DNA from: an uncultured Gammaproteobacteria bacterium
GTDB lineage: Bacteria > Pseudomonadota > Gammaproteobacteria > Xanthomonadales > Rhodanobacteraceae
NCBI GenBank assembly: GCA_963828675.1
Contig: CAWHFQ010000001.1
Location: forward strand, 1,538,261-1,602,260
Direction: 5' to 3'
Length of the DNA stretch: 64,000 nt
Part shown: positions 1-9,929 of the stretch, piece after piece
Numbering within the stretch: position 1 is the first letter of the stretch
Layout: every line of letters starts with the position of its first letter
Program-made: the position numbers and the translations under genes
The notes under the pieces: generated by a model
What the model was told of the DNA's origin: nothing
The model's database searches: none
What the model saw: the letters and a program-made list of their open reading frames with translations, nothing else

Positions 1-1
1 G

Positions 2-460
2 AAGGAGCACGGTACCTGGTACGTGCCCACCATCATCGCCGGCAAGTACGTCGAACAGATGGCCGCCACCCCCGGCTACTACCCGCCGCAGGTTGCGCGC
101 AAGGCAAAGGAAGTCGGCCCGATCATCCAGGCCACCGCCGGCCGCGCCTACAAGGCCGGCGTCAAGATCGCCTTCGGCACCGACGCGGCGGTCTATCCGC
201 ACGGCCAGAACGCGAAGGAATTCGAGTACATGGTTCAGGCCGGCATGCCGCCGATGTTCGTGCTGCAGGCCGCCACCACGCACGCCGCCGAACTGCTGCA
301 CAAGCAGGACCAGCTCGGCCGGATCGCGGTCGGCCGCGGCGCCGACGTGATCGCCGTGCCCGGCAACCCGCTGGACGACATCACCACCATGCAGCACGTC
401 GGCTTCGTGATGAAAGACGGCGTGATCTACAAGGAAGCCGGCAAAGCCACGTTGCAGTGA
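2..460 (+). CDS. amidohydrolase family protein (C-terminal part; 5' end lies outside the window)
   Basis: The frame is open to the window edge (KEHGTWYVPTIIAG...). It contains ...IAFGTDAAVYPHG... and GRIAVGRGADVIAVPGNPLDDI, typical of the metal-dependent amidohydrolase C-terminus. Confidence 0.75.
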   Translation, partial: KEHGTWYVPTIIAGKYVEQMAATPGYYPPQVARKAKEVGPIIQATAGRAYKAGVKIAFGTDAAVYPHGQNAKEFEYMVQAGMPPMFVLQAATTHAAELLHKQDQLGRIAVGRGADVIAVPGNPLDDITTMQHVGFVMKDGVIYKEAGKATLQ

Positions 461-463
461 AAG

Positions 464-535
464 CCTGTGGGAGCGGCTTCAGCCGAGATGCCTTTGATCG
501 GTTTGAAGCGTCGCGGCTGAAGCCGCTCCCACAGG
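464..535. repeat. REP-like intergenic palindrome (GGGAGCGGCTTCAGCCG family)
   Basis: The arms cctgtgggagcggcttcagccg (464-485) and cggctgaagccgctcccacagg (514-535) are perfect reverse complements. Related copies lie at 28728 and 29528. Confidence 0.85.
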
Positions 536-580
536 GACCCGCGAAGCGTGACGGGCGCTCGATCCTGTAGCATTGCATCC

Positions 581-1363
581 ATGAACGAGCAGCCCAAGAC
601 CCCTCCGGATTCGACCACGCCGGCTCCAATCACGCATTTCGGTTTCCGCGACGTGCCGGTCGGCGACAAGCAGAAGCTGGTCGGCGAGGTGTTCACCTCG
701 GTCGCGCGCAGCTACGACCTGATGAACGACCTGATGTCGTTCGGCATCCACCGCTTGTGGAAGCGGCACTTCGTGGCGGTCAGCGGCGTGCGCCGCGGCG
801 ATCGCGTGCTGGATCTGGCCGGCGGCACCGGTGACATCGCCGCGCTGCTCAAGCCGGTGGTGGGCGAAGCAGGCGAGGTGGTGGTCGGCGACATCAACGC
901 CGCCATGCTCGGTGTCGGCCGCGATCGCATGATCGACCGCGGCCTGGTCTCCGGCCTGCGCTGGGCCCAGCTCAATGCCGAATGCCTGCCGTTTCCGGAC
1001 AACAGTTTCGATGCCGTGACGATGGCCTTCGGCCTGCGCAACGTCACCGACAAGGACACCGCGCTGGCCGACATCTGCCGCGTGCTCAAGCCCGGCGGGC
1101 GGGCGCTGGTGCTGGAATTCTCCAAAGTGCGCAGCGAGCTGTTCAGCAAACTTTACGATTTCCATTCGTTCAAGATCCTGCCCAGGCTTGGCCAGCTGTT
1201 CGCCGGCGATGCCGACAGCTACCAGTACCTGGCCGAATCGATCCGCAAGCATCCCGATCAGGAAACCCTGAAGGGCATGATGGAACACGCCGGCTTCGGT
1301 CGCGTCGAAGTGCGCAATCTCAGCAACGGCATCGTGGCGATTCACCGCGCATACAAGCTCTGA
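581..1363 (+). CDS. ubiE: demethylmenaquinone / 2-methoxy-6-polyprenyl-1,4-benzoquinol methyltransferase UbiE
   Basis: Contains [44 protein letters not shown], the SAM motif [10 protein letters not shown], and [10 protein letters not shown]. At 260 aa from the ATG at 581 it matches UbiE length. Confidence 0.92.
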   Translation: MNEQPKTPPDSTTPAPITHFGFRDVPVGDKQKLVGEVFTSVARSYDLMNDLMSFGIHRLWKRHFVAVSGVRRGDRVLDLAGGTGDIAALLKPVVGEAGEVVVGDINAAMLGVGRDRMIDRGLVSGLRWAQLNAECLPFPDNSFDAVTMAFGLRNVTDKDTALADICRVLKPGGRALVLEFSKVRSELFSKLYDFHSFKILPRLGQLFAGDADSYQYLAESIRKHPDQETLKGMMEHAGFGRVEVRNLSNGIVAIHRAYKL

Positions 1364-1505
1364 CCTGCAAGCTGGGTTCTCTTTCCGGTAACTGTCGCTC
1401 GCCCGCTCACGGCCATGCGACCGCCGCTGCGGTGCAACCGCCGGCCTTGTACCCACCTCGCGGCCGATGACCGGAAGCCCTCCTTGCCGGGTGCACAGGG
1501 CCTTC

Positions 1506-2621
1506 ATGAGCATTTCTTCCCCGCCACAAGTCATCGACCCACCCTTCATCAAATCACCCGCCCTGCGTACGAGAAACCCGCAGGTCGACAACGCCAAGTT
1601 CGTGCTGATTGCGCTGGTCGTGATTGGCCATGGCATGGGCGCGCTGCGCGGCCACTCGCCGCTGCTGAAGGCGGCGTACCACTTCATCTACCTGTTCCAC
1701 ATTCCCGCCTTCGTCTACCTGTCCGGCTCGCTCGCGCGTGCCCAGTTCGACACCCGGCAGGGGCTGCGCTGGCTGTGCACGCTGGTCGTTCCGTTGCTGG
1801 TGTTTCAGGCGATCTACCAGGCATGGAACGCGTGGCTGCTGCACGATGCGTTCACGTACCACATCTCCGTGCCGTACTGGCTGCTCTGGTACCTGGCCAG
1901 CCTCGCCTGCTGGCGCGTGATGCTGCCGCCGATGCTGGCGCTGGGCCGGCCACTGCTGGTCGCGTGCGCGATCGCGCTGCTGGCCGGCTACGCCGGCGAC
2001 ATCGGTTACCCGTTCAGCCTGTCGCGCACCCTGGTTTTCCTGCCGTTCTTCATCGCCGGCCATCGCTTCGGCCTCGAGGATCTTCGCGGCCCGCGCGTCG
2101 CCGCCGTGGCCGCCTTGTTCCTGCTGGCCGCGCTGGCGTGGCTGATCCGGGATCTCGATCCGGTCTGGCTGTATGGCAGCGCTGCCTATCCCGGCGCGTG
2201 GGGCGGTTTTCGGCGCGCCGGCTTGCTGACCGCGTCGGCGTTCGGCGTGTGGGCGGTGCTGCGGCTGGTGCCGCGCCGGACCAGCGCGCTGACCACGATG
2301 GGACGACAAAGCCTCGTCGTGTATCTGCTGCACGGCCTGTTGATCAATGCCGCGACGGCATGGGGTTTGTGGGGGGGCCTGCGGCAGCTTCCGCCAACGT
2401 GGCGGCTGGGTATCGCGATCGCCGGCGGCACGGCGCTGGCTTGCCTGCTGACGCGGGCCGCGCCGCTCATCCGCCCGTTGCTGGATTTCGATTGGCTGCT
2501 GTCTCCGGCCGCCAACCACCGCGAACGCCATCCACCACGGCGTCGGAAGGCCGGGCATGCGGGTACGGTACGACGCACGTCGCGCCCATCCTCGCGGCTG
2601 ACCCGCTGGATTCTCGACTGA
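1506..2621 (+). CDS. acyltransferase family 3 membrane protein
   Basis: Polytopic hydrophobic protein. The N-terminal NAKFVLIALVVIGHG and FHIPAFVYLSG blocks are typical of acyltransferase_3. The start was chosen at the ATG at 1506. Confidence 0.7.
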   Translation: MSISSPPQVIDPPFIKSPALRTRNPQVDNAKFVLIALVVIGHGMGALRGHSPLLKAAYHFIYLFHIPAFVYLSGSLARAQFDTRQGLRWLCTLVVPLLVFQAIYQAWNAWLLHDAFTYHISVPYWLLWYLASLACWRVMLPPMLALGRPLLVACAIALLAGYAGDIGYPFSLSRTLVFLPFFIAGHRFGLEDLRGPRVAAVAALFLLAALAWLIRDLDPVWLYGSAAYPGAWGGFRRAGLLTASAFGVWAVLRLVPRRTSALTTMGRQSLVVYLLHGLLINAATAWGLWGGLRQLPPTWRLGIAIAGGTALACLLTRAAPLIRPLLDFDWLLSPAANHRERHPPRRRKAGHAGTVRRTSRPSSRLTRWILD

Positions 2622-2701
2622 TCCCATCGAATGATCCAGATCAATGGGTGCCGGCGATGCGCGGCGTATCTTGAATCGTCTTTCGCCACGAGCCCCCGCA
2701 C

Positions 2702-2968
2702 ATGTCCATCGAAGTCGCCACCGAACCGAACGTCCACACCTTCGACGCGCGCGGGGTGGCACGGCGCTTCCGTCATTCGGCGATCTTCGGCGCGATCGGC
2801 GTGCTGCGTTCGGGCGAGACGATGCGCTTCGTCAACGACCACGATCCGGTCCCGCTGATCGCCCAGTTGCGCGAGCGCCTCGGCGACCACCTCACGGTGA
2901 CCTACCGCCAGCGCGATCCCGGCGCGATCGTGATCGACTTCGGCATCAGCGGCCTGCCGGTCGAGTGA
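2702..2968 (+). CDS. DUF2249 domain-containing protein
   Basis: 88 aa. The pattern DARG...RHSAIFGAIGVLRSGETMRFVNDHDPVPL matches my recollection of DUF2249. Confidence 0.65.
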   Translation: MSIEVATEPNVHTFDARGVARRFRHSAIFGAIGVLRSGETMRFVNDHDPVPLIAQLRERLGDHLTVTYRQRDPGAIVIDFGISGLPVE

Positions 2969-2986
2969 GTCGACGGCACTGACCGT

Positions 2987-3289
2987 TCAGGCGTCGACGA
3001 TCAGCAGGGTTCCGCTGCTGCCCGGCCGCACCGCATGCGGCAGGCCGGCGGGCACCATGTAGAGCTGGCCCGCAGCCACCGTGACTGCCTCGCCCGCCAC
3101 ATCCAGATGCAGTTCGCCCTCGAGTACCAGGAGGCCCTCCGCGTAGGCATGCGTCTCCTCGGGATAGGCTTGCGCATCCATGCGCATCAGCTTGAGGCTG
3201 GCGCCATCCACGTGTGCCAGCCGCGTCGACCGCCAAGCCTGTTCCATCTGCGCAGCCTGCTGTATCAGGTCGAAAAGATGACCCATCAC
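2987..3289 (-). CDS. cupin domain-containing protein
   Basis: 100 aa. Contains a cupin-like EGLLVLEGELHLDV....G.LYMVPAGLPHAV block. Confidence 0.7.
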   Translation of the reverse strand: MMGHLFDLIQQAAQMEQAWRSTRLAHVDGASLKLMRMDAQAYPEETHAYAEGLLVLEGELHLDVAGEAVTVAAGQLYMVPAGLPHAVRPGSSGTLLIVDA

Positions 3290-3296
3290 GCTTCCC

Positions 3297-4226
3297 TCAG
3301 CACTGCTCGCATGCCTCGACCGAGGCTACCGGCGCGACCGGCATTGGCACGACACGCCGCCGCGCGTTCGCCAGCACCACGCCGCCGATGGTGATCGCGC
3401 CGCCGACCAGGATCAGTGCGTTCGGCACCTCGTGCAGCCACAGCCAGCCGATCAGCAACGCGATCGGCGGCGACAGGTAGATGAAACTGCTGACCCGTGA
3501 CGCCGACGCCCGGTTCACCGCCATGTTCCAGGCGAGGTAACCGACGAAGGTCGGCGCGATGCCCAGCCACGCCAGCGCGCCGATGCGCGACCATGGCGCC
3601 AGCGCGAGCGCTTGCGGCAGGTGCCAGCCGAACGGGAGTGCCGCGAGCGTGCCGGAGAAAAACGCGAATGCGGTGACGCCGAGCATGCTGTTGCGTGCGA
3701 ACAGCGCCTTCTGGCCGACAAAGAAGATTGCCGACACCGCCACGCAGACCAGCACCAGCAGCGCCTTCGGATCGACCTCCACCCGCTGCCCGCTGGCCAG
3801 TACCACCAGCACGGTGCCGACCAGTGCCATCGCCAGCCCGACCCAGGTGCGCAGCGTCAGCCGCTCGCCGATCCAGAACGCGGACACCGCCGCGGTCGCC
3901 GCCGGCACCAGCGAAATCAGGATCGAAGCGGTGCCGCTGGCGATCCGCGTCTCCGCGTAATTCAGGCACAGGTGGTACACGGTCAGGCCGAGCACGCCCA
4001 GCAGCGCCAGTAACGGCCAGTCGCGCCGCGCCGGCAGCGGTACCCTCTTCACCATCAACAGCACGGCGAAACACAGCGAACCGATCAGCAATCGGGCGCA
4101 GGCGACCTCGCCGGGCGTGAACGACGGCAAGGCATAGGCAATCGCGGCATACGCCGACGACCAGGTGATCAGGGCAATCGCGATGGCGATGAGGGCGCGG
4201 CCATCGAGACGTTCAACGGTATCCAT
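3297..4226 (-). CDS. DMT (EamA-like) family transporter
   Basis: About ten hydrophobic helices with duplicated EamA-type halves. It lies divergent to an Lrp/AsnC regulator. The start was taken at MDTVERL. Confidence 0.8.
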   Translation of the reverse strand: MDTVERLDGRALIAIAIALITWSSAYAAIAYALPSFTPGEVACARLLIGSLCFAVLLMVKRVPLPARRDWPLLALLGVLGLTVYHLCLNYAETRIASGTASILISLVPAATAAVSAFWIGERLTLRTWVGLAMALVGTVLVVLASGQRVEVDPKALLVLVCVAVSAIFFVGQKALFARNSMLGVTAFAFFSGTLAALPFGWHLPQALALAPWSRIGALAWLGIAPTFVGYLAWNMAVNRASASRVSSFIYLSPPIALLIGWLWLHEVPNALILVGGAITIGGVVLANARRRVVPMPVAPVASVEACEQC

Positions 4227-4287
4227 GGGGACGGATTCCAAGACGGGGAAGTGCGCATCCTAGTCTTGCCGCGCGCACCGGTGAATA

Positions 4288-4857
4288 ATGCACCGTATCG
4301 TTTTCATGATGTTTCGCCGACGATCGAAACAAACAACGAGTGATCCTGCCTTGGAATCGAAAGCGCACGAGCAACCCGAACTGGACGGCAAGGACTGGCA
4401 GCTGCTGGAGGCGCTGCAACGCGACGCGCGTCTTGGCTACGCCGAGCTCGGCCGCAAGGTGCGCCTGTCCGCGCCGGCGGTCGCCGAGCGCGTGAAACGG
4501 CTGGAAGAGGCCGGCGTGATCACCGGTTACCGCGCCACCGTCAACCCGAAGCGGCTCGGCTACGGCATCAGCGCGATGGTGCGGCTGCGCTGCGACGGGA
4601 TCACCTGCACGCGCATCGGCGCGCTGGTGGAGGACATTCCCGAAGTGCTCGAATGCCGTCGCCTGGCCGGCGAGGATTCCGCCCTGCTGCACGTGGTGTC
4701 GATGTCGATCAGCCACCTGGAGTCGGTGCTCGACCGCATACAGAAGATCGGCGCCAGCAACAGCACCACCACCCAGATCGTGTTCCAGACCCCGCACGAG
4801 CACCGCCCGCTGACCCGCGCGATGTGGAATGCGGCGACCGCGATGTCGCGCGATTGA
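4288..4857 (+). CDS. Lrp/AsnC family transcriptional regulator
   Basis: Contains LDGKDWQLLEALQRDARLGYAELGRKVRLSAPAVAERVKRLEEAGVITGY followed by a RAM-like C-terminal domain. The exact start is uncertain. Confidence 0.85.
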   Translation: MHRIVFMMFRRRSKQTTSDPALESKAHEQPELDGKDWQLLEALQRDARLGYAELGRKVRLSAPAVAERVKRLEEAGVITGYRATVNPKRLGYGISAMVRLRCDGITCTRIGALVEDIPEVLECRRLAGEDSALLHVVSMSISHLESVLDRIQKIGASNSTTTQIVFQTPHEHRPLTRAMWNAATAMSRD

Positions 4858-4901
4858 GCAACACCGCAATGCCGTTGCGGGACGCAAGCATGCGCCCGCG
4901 T

Positions 4902-4917
4902 ATTTGGACGTCCAAAT
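4902..4917. promoter_or_regulatory. perfect 16-bp palindrome ATTTGGACGTCCAAAT upstream of the first S10 peptidase gene (candidate operator)
   Basis: Read directly from the sequence. It is A/T-rich in a GC-rich spacer, 80 nt upstream of the ATG at 4998 and downstream of the Lrp-family gene. Confidence 0.4.
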
Positions 4918-4997
4918 TCCGCCCAGTACTTTTGTCACGGTCGCGGCTGCGCCCGCGCCCGCATACTCCGGTACTGGTTCGTCGAAAGGGGCTACCC

Positions 4998-6548
4998 ATG
5001 CGTCACCTGATTTCCCTGCTGCTGGTCGGCACGTTCGCGCTTGCACCGCTGCTTCCCGCCCATGCCGGCAAGGCCCCCGCGGCCAGCAAGACCGACAAGC
5101 ATGCCGGTGCGACCGATGCCAAGCCGCCGGCCACCGAAAAGACCGTACGAACCGAACACAGCGCCAGCATCAACGGCCACACGCTCAAGTACACCGCCAC
5201 CGCCGGCACGCTGATCATCCGCGACGACAAGAACCAGCCCCAGGCCAGCGTGTTCTATGTGGCCTATACGCTGGACGGCGCCGCCGCCAGCCACCGGCCG
5301 GTGACTTTCCTGTACAACGGCGGCCCCGGCTCCTCCAGCGTGTGGCTGCACATGGGCTCGTTCGCGCCGCTGCGGATCAAGACCGCCAGCCCCGCCGCGA
5401 CCGGGCCGGCTCCCTACCAGTTGGTGCCGAACGACGACAGCCTGCTCGACAAGACCGACCTGGTCTTCGTCGATGCCGTGGGTGCCGGTTACTCGCGCCC
5501 CATCGGCAAGGCCACCGGCAAGGATTTCTGGGGGGTCGACCAGGACGTCTCCGCGTTTGCCCGCGCCATCGAGCGCTATGTCAGTGTCAACCACCGCTGG
5601 AACTCGCCGAAGTTCCTGTACGGCGAAAGCTACGGCACCACCCGCTCCGCCGCGCTGGTCGATGCGCTGCAGGACAAGGGCATGGCGTTCAACGGCGTGA
5701 TCCTGATGTCCTCGATCCTCAACTACGGTATCCGCATCCCCGGCTACGACGAGAGTTCGATCGGCTACCTGCCCAGCTACGCCGCTGCCGCGTGGTATCA
5801 CGGCAAGATCGCGAACAAGCCGGCCGATCTGAAGAGCTTCCTCGACCAGGTGCGCGCCTGGGCGTCCGGCCCGTATGCCGCCGCGCTGGCGCAGGGACAG
5901 AATCTCCCGGCCAGCCAGTTCGATGCGATCGCCACGCAGATGGCCGCCTACACCGGCCTGTCAGTGCAATACATCAAGGACGCCGACCTGCGCGTCAATC
6001 CGAGCCGCTTCCGCAAGGAACTGCTGCGCGACCAGCGTCTCACCCTCGGCCGCTACGACGCCCGCTTCACCGGCACCGATCCCGACGCGGCCGGCGAGCG
6101 CCCCGACTACGATCCCTCCGACACCGGCATCAGCGGTGCCTTCGTCAGCGCGTTCCACGATTACCTCGACAAGCAGCTCGACTATCACAGCGACCTGGAC
6201 TACCGCCCGACCTACGGCGAGATCAACAAGAACTGGGACTGGAAACACAAGGCGCCCGACTCGCGCCGGCCGCTGCCGCTGGCGTACGTGGCCGGCGACC
6301 TGGCCCACGCGATGCGCACCAACCCGAACCTCAAGGTGCTCTCGGTCAACGGCTACTACGACTTCGCCACGCCGTTCTTCATCACCGAATACGATCTGGC
6401 GCACATGAACCTCGACCCGTCACTGCGCGGCAACCTGCAGTTCGTCTACTACCCGTCCGGGCACATGATCTATCTCAACACCGAGGCGCTGGATCACCTC
6501 AAGACCGACCTCTCCACGTTTTACGACCACGCCGCCCCACAGCGCTGA
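4998..6548 (+). CDS. S10 family serine carboxypeptidase-like peptidase, secreted (paralogue 1)
   Basis: Has a signal peptide MRHLISLLLVGTFALAPLLPAHA behind an AAGGGG SD. Contains the NGGPGSSS and GESYG serine-hydrolase blocks and a C-terminal YPSGHMIY block. Confidence 0.85.
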   Translation: MRHLISLLLVGTFALAPLLPAHAGKAPAASKTDKHAGATDAKPPATEKTVRTEHSASINGHTLKYTATAGTLIIRDDKNQPQASVFYVAYTLDGAAASHRPVTFLYNGGPGSSSVWLHMGSFAPLRIKTASPAATGPAPYQLVPNDDSLLDKTDLVFVDAVGAGYSRPIGKATGKDFWGVDQDVSAFARAIERYVSVNHRWNSPKFLYGESYGTTRSAALVDALQDKGMAFNGVILMSSILNYGIRIPGYDESSIGYLPSYAAAAWYHGKIANKPADLKSFLDQVRAWASGPYAAALAQGQNLPASQFDAIATQMAAYTGLSVQYIKDADLRVNPSRFRKELLRDQRLTLGRYDARFTGTDPDAAGERPDYDPSDTGISGAFVSAFHDYLDKQLDYHSDLDYRPTYGEINKNWDWKHKAPDSRRPLPLAYVAGDLAHAMRTNPNLKVLSVNGYYDFATPFFITEYDLAHMNLDPSLRGNLQFVYYPSGHMIYLNTEALDHLKTDLSTFYDHAAPQR

Positions 6549-6564
6549 CACGGAGCCCACCGAC

Positions 6565-8130
6565 ATGCGTACCTCATCCCTGCTCGCACCGTTCGCGCTC
6601 GCCCTGCTGCTGGTAGTCGGCAGCCCCGTCCACGCCGACGACGACACCCCGAAAGACGCCGCCAAGACCGCGCAGGCGGACAAGGACAGCAAGAAGGACG
6701 AGTTGCCGATCCCGCCCGAACGCAGCGTGGTCAGCAAGCACAGCGTGCGTATCGACGGCCGCGCGATCGCCTACAAGGCCACTGCCGGCACCTTGCTGAT
6801 CAGGGACGACAAGGGCAAGCCGACCGTCAGCATGTTCTACGTCGCGTACACGGTCGACGACGGCAAGCCCGGCAAGCGCCCGGTGACCTTCATGTACAAC
6901 GGCGGCCCCGGCTCCTCCTCGATGTGGCTGCACATGGGCTCGTTCGGCCCGGTACGGGTGGCCAACCGCGGCGACCAGCCGATCCCGCCGCCGCCGTACG
7001 ACACCGTGCCGAACGAATACAGCCTGCTCGACAAGACCGACCTGGTCTTCATCGACGCACCCGGCACCGGCTGGTCGCAACTGGTCGGCGCGGCCAAGGG
7101 CAAGGACTACTACGGCGTCGACCAGGATGCCGCCGCGTTCGCGAAGTTCATCACCCGCTACGTCGGCGACAACCATCGCTGGAACTCGCCGAAGTTCCTG
7201 TTCGGCGAGAGCTACGGCACCACCCGCTCGGCGGTGCTGGCCAAGGTGCTGCAGGAACAGGGCATGGAGCTCAACGGCATCGTGCTGATGTCCTCGATCC
7301 TCGACTTCAACGTGTGGGCCAGCACCGGCGTCGACCACGCCTACATCGTCAACCTGCCCAGCGAGGCGGCGATCGCCTGGTACCATGACAAGGTTCCCAA
7401 CAAGCCGGCCGACATCGCCGGCTTCCTGGCCAGGGTGCGCCAGTTCGCCAGCACCGACTACACGCTCGCGCTGGCCAAGGGCGACGCGATCACGCCGGCC
7501 GAGGCCGACCGCGTCGCCAACCAGCTCAGCCAGTACATCGGCCTGTCGCCGCGCTACATCAAGGACGCCAACCTGCGCATCGATCCCAGCCGCTTCCGCA
7601 AGGAACTGCTGCGCGACCAGCGCCGCACGGTTGGCCGTCTGGACGGCCGTTTCGAGGGCATCGATCCGGATGCCGCCGGCGAGACGCCCGATGGCGATGC
7701 CGCCAGCGACGCCGCCACCGGCGCCTACCTGGCCGCGTTCAATCAGTACGCCGACACCGAGTTGAAATTCGACGAGGACCGCGCCTACCTGCCCAACAAC
7801 TACGGCGTGATCAACCGCGGCTGGGACTGGAAGCGCAAGGATTCCCACGGTTTCCTGTCCAGCCCGTACGTCGGCACCGACCTGGCCGAGACGATGCGCC
7901 ACAACCCGCATCTGAAAGTGTTCTCCGCCAACGGCTACTACGACCTGGCCACGCCGTTCTACGCAACCGAGTTCGACCTCGGCCACCTCGGCCTGGACCC
8001 GGCGATCAGCAAGAACATCGAATACGGTTTCTATCCGTCCGGGCATATGATCTATTTCGACGTGGACGCCCTGAAACAGGTCAAGGCGGACCTCGCCCGT
8101 TTCTACGACGAGGCGACCCCACGCTCCTGA
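6565..8130 (+). CDS. S10 family serine carboxypeptidase-like peptidase, secreted (paralogue 2)
   Basis: Lies 16 nt after paralogue 1 and has a signal peptide. It shows the same NGGPGSSS / GESYGTTRS / YPSGHMIY blocks, roughly two-thirds identical to paralogue 1 by eye. Confidence 0.85.
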   Translation: MRTSSLLAPFALALLLVVGSPVHADDDTPKDAAKTAQADKDSKKDELPIPPERSVVSKHSVRIDGRAIAYKATAGTLLIRDDKGKPTVSMFYVAYTVDDGKPGKRPVTFMYNGGPGSSSMWLHMGSFGPVRVANRGDQPIPPPPYDTVPNEYSLLDKTDLVFIDAPGTGWSQLVGAAKGKDYYGVDQDAAAFAKFITRYVGDNHRWNSPKFLFGESYGTTRSAVLAKVLQEQGMELNGIVLMSSILDFNVWASTGVDHAYIVNLPSEAAIAWYHDKVPNKPADIAGFLARVRQFASTDYTLALAKGDAITPAEADRVANQLSQYIGLSPRYIKDANLRIDPSRFRKELLRDQRRTVGRLDGRFEGIDPDAAGETPDGDAASDAATGAYLAAFNQYADTELKFDEDRAYLPNNYGVINRGWDWKRKDSHGFLSSPYVGTDLAETMRHNPHLKVFSANGYYDLATPFYATEFDLGHLGLDPAISKNIEYGFYPSGHMIYFDVDALKQVKADLARFYDEATPRS

Positions 8131-8158
8131 TCCCCGCCCGCCCACGACAACGCCTCCG

Positions 8159-9865
8159 ATGACCGACAAGAAACCGACCGATCTGCCGCCCGGCGCCGAC
8201 GACGGGGCACCGAGCAATCCCGAACGGCGGCGTCTGCTCGGCGGCATCGTGGCGGCCGGCGCGGCGCTGGGCCTGGGCAGCTGTCGTCCGCTGCCCGGAT
8301 CGCGCGCAGGCGCGACCGGCGCGAACGCCCTGCCGGACGCCGCGCTCGACGCCTTGCTGCGCGAGCACATTCAGCAGGTGGTGGTGCTGTACGCGGAGAA
8401 TCGCAGCTTCAACAACCTGTTCAGCGACTTCCCCGGCCTGGCGCAGCCGCTCGATCGACTGCAGCCGGAGGATTATCTGCAGCGCGATCGCGACGGCTCG
8501 GTGCTGACCCAATTGCCGCCGATCTGGGGCGGCCTGGTGCCGCGTGCGCAGACGATCGGGCAACGCAGCTACCACATCGGCGAGAAGGCGATCAGCGGCC
8601 TGCCGAACCGTCCGTTCGCACTGGCCACACCCGACGGCTCGCCACTGCCGCACGGCGTGGTCACGCGCGATCTCGTGCACCGCTTCTACGAGAACCAGTT
8701 GCAGATCAACGGCGGCCGCAACGACGGCTTCGTCGCCTGGGGCAACAGTGGCGCGCTGGTGATGGGCCATTACACCGACAACGCCGCGAACCTGCGGCTG
8801 TGGCGGCTGGCCCGCCAGTACACCTTGTGCGACAACTTCTTCATGGGCGCGTTCGGCGGTTCGTTCCTCAACCACCAGTACCTGGTGGCAGCGCAACCGC
8901 CGTTCTATCCGCACGCCGACCAGGGCCCGATGAAGTTCCACCTCGCCTCGCTGGAAGGCGACGACCCGACCGGCACGCGCCCACGACTGGCCGACGATTC
9001 GCCGGCCAGCGCGATGCAGGGGCGCGCGAAATTCGCCGTGCCCGACACGCTGACGCCCGACTTCCACGCGGTCAACACGATGGGCCCGGCCTATGCCCCC
9101 GGCTTCACCCGCGACCCGCACGATCCCGCGCTGGCCGACGCCAGTGACGCGTACACGCTGCCGCCGCAGACCCACCTGACCATCGGCGACGCGCTATCGG
9201 CCAAGGGCGTCGACTGGGCGTGGTACGCCGGCGGCTGGGAAGCGGCACTGCAAGGCCATGGCGGCGAAGAGCCCGACAACGGCCCGCCGACCAGCCCGAA
9301 CTTCCAGCCGCATCACCAGCCGCTGAACTACTTTCGCCAGTTCGCGCCTGGCACCGCGGCACGCGCGACGCACCTGCGCGACGCGGGCCTCGGTGCCGAC
9401 GCCGGCAGCAACCATTTCATCGCCGCGATCGAGGCCGGCACACTGCCGGCGGTGTCGTTCTACAAGCCGCAGGGCGATCTCAACATGCACGCCGGTTATT
9501 CCAGCGTGGAAGCCGGCGACCGGCACCTGAGCCAGGTGATCGAGGCGCTGCAGAGAAGTCCGCAGTGGCCGCACATGCTGGTGCTGATCACGGTCGACGA
9601 GAACGGCGGCTGGTGGGATCACGTGGCTCCGCCCAGGGGTGATCGCTGGGGCCCCGGCACGCGCATTCCAGCACTGGTGGTATCGCCGCACGCGAAGCGG
9701 GGCTTCGTCGACCACACCATCTACGATACCGGCTCGATCCTGCGCTTCCTCACCCGCCGTTTCGGGCTCGAAAAACTGCCCGGCCTGAAGCTGCGCGACG
9801 AGGCGATGATCGCCGCCGGGGGCCCGCCACCGGGCGACCTCACCGCCGCGCTGCAATTCGGTTGA
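8159..9865 (+). CDS. acpA: phosphoesterase family protein (AcpA-type acid phosphatase / phospholipase C-like), Tat signal
   Basis: Has the twin-arginine motif ERRRLLGG. ENRSFNNLFSDF, FLNHQYL and TVDENGGWWDHV are the conserved blocks of the phosphoesterase (PF04185-type) family. Confidence 0.8.
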   Translation: MTDKKPTDLPPGADDGAPSNPERRRLLGGIVAAGAALGLGSCRPLPGSRAGATGANALPDAALDALLREHIQQVVVLYAENRSFNNLFSDFPGLAQPLDRLQPEDYLQRDRDGSVLTQLPPIWGGLVPRAQTIGQRSYHIGEKAISGLPNRPFALATPDGSPLPHGVVTRDLVHRFYENQLQINGGRNDGFVAWGNSGALVMGHYTDNAANLRLWRLARQYTLCDNFFMGAFGGSFLNHQYLVAAQPPFYPHADQGPMKFHLASLEGDDPTGTRPRLADDSPASAMQGRAKFAVPDTLTPDFHAVNTMGPAYAPGFTRDPHDPALADASDAYTLPPQTHLTIGDALSAKGVDWAWYAGGWEAALQGHGGEEPDNGPPTSPNFQPHHQPLNYFRQFAPGTAARATHLRDAGLGADAGSNHFIAAIEAGTLPAVSFYKPQGDLNMHAGYSSVEAGDRHLSQVIEALQRSPQWPHMLVLITVDENGGWWDHVAPPRGDRWGPGTRIPALVVSPHAKRGFVDHTIYDTGSILRFLTRRFGLEKLPGLKLRDEAMIAAGGPPPGDLTAALQFG

Positions 9866-9929
9866 TCGTGACTGCTCTCCCTGCTCGGATGCAGAGGGCG
9901 AGCCCATTCTCGCCGTAGAGATTTTCGCC

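Noticed and set aside
4653-4997. The N-terminal 115 codons of the 631-aa ORF (and the parallel 4829-6616 ORF) as part of the first S10 peptidase.
   Set aside because: This part overlaps the 3' end of the Lrp-family gene in another frame and translates to Arg/Pro-rich nonsense. A signal peptide with an SD begins at 4998.
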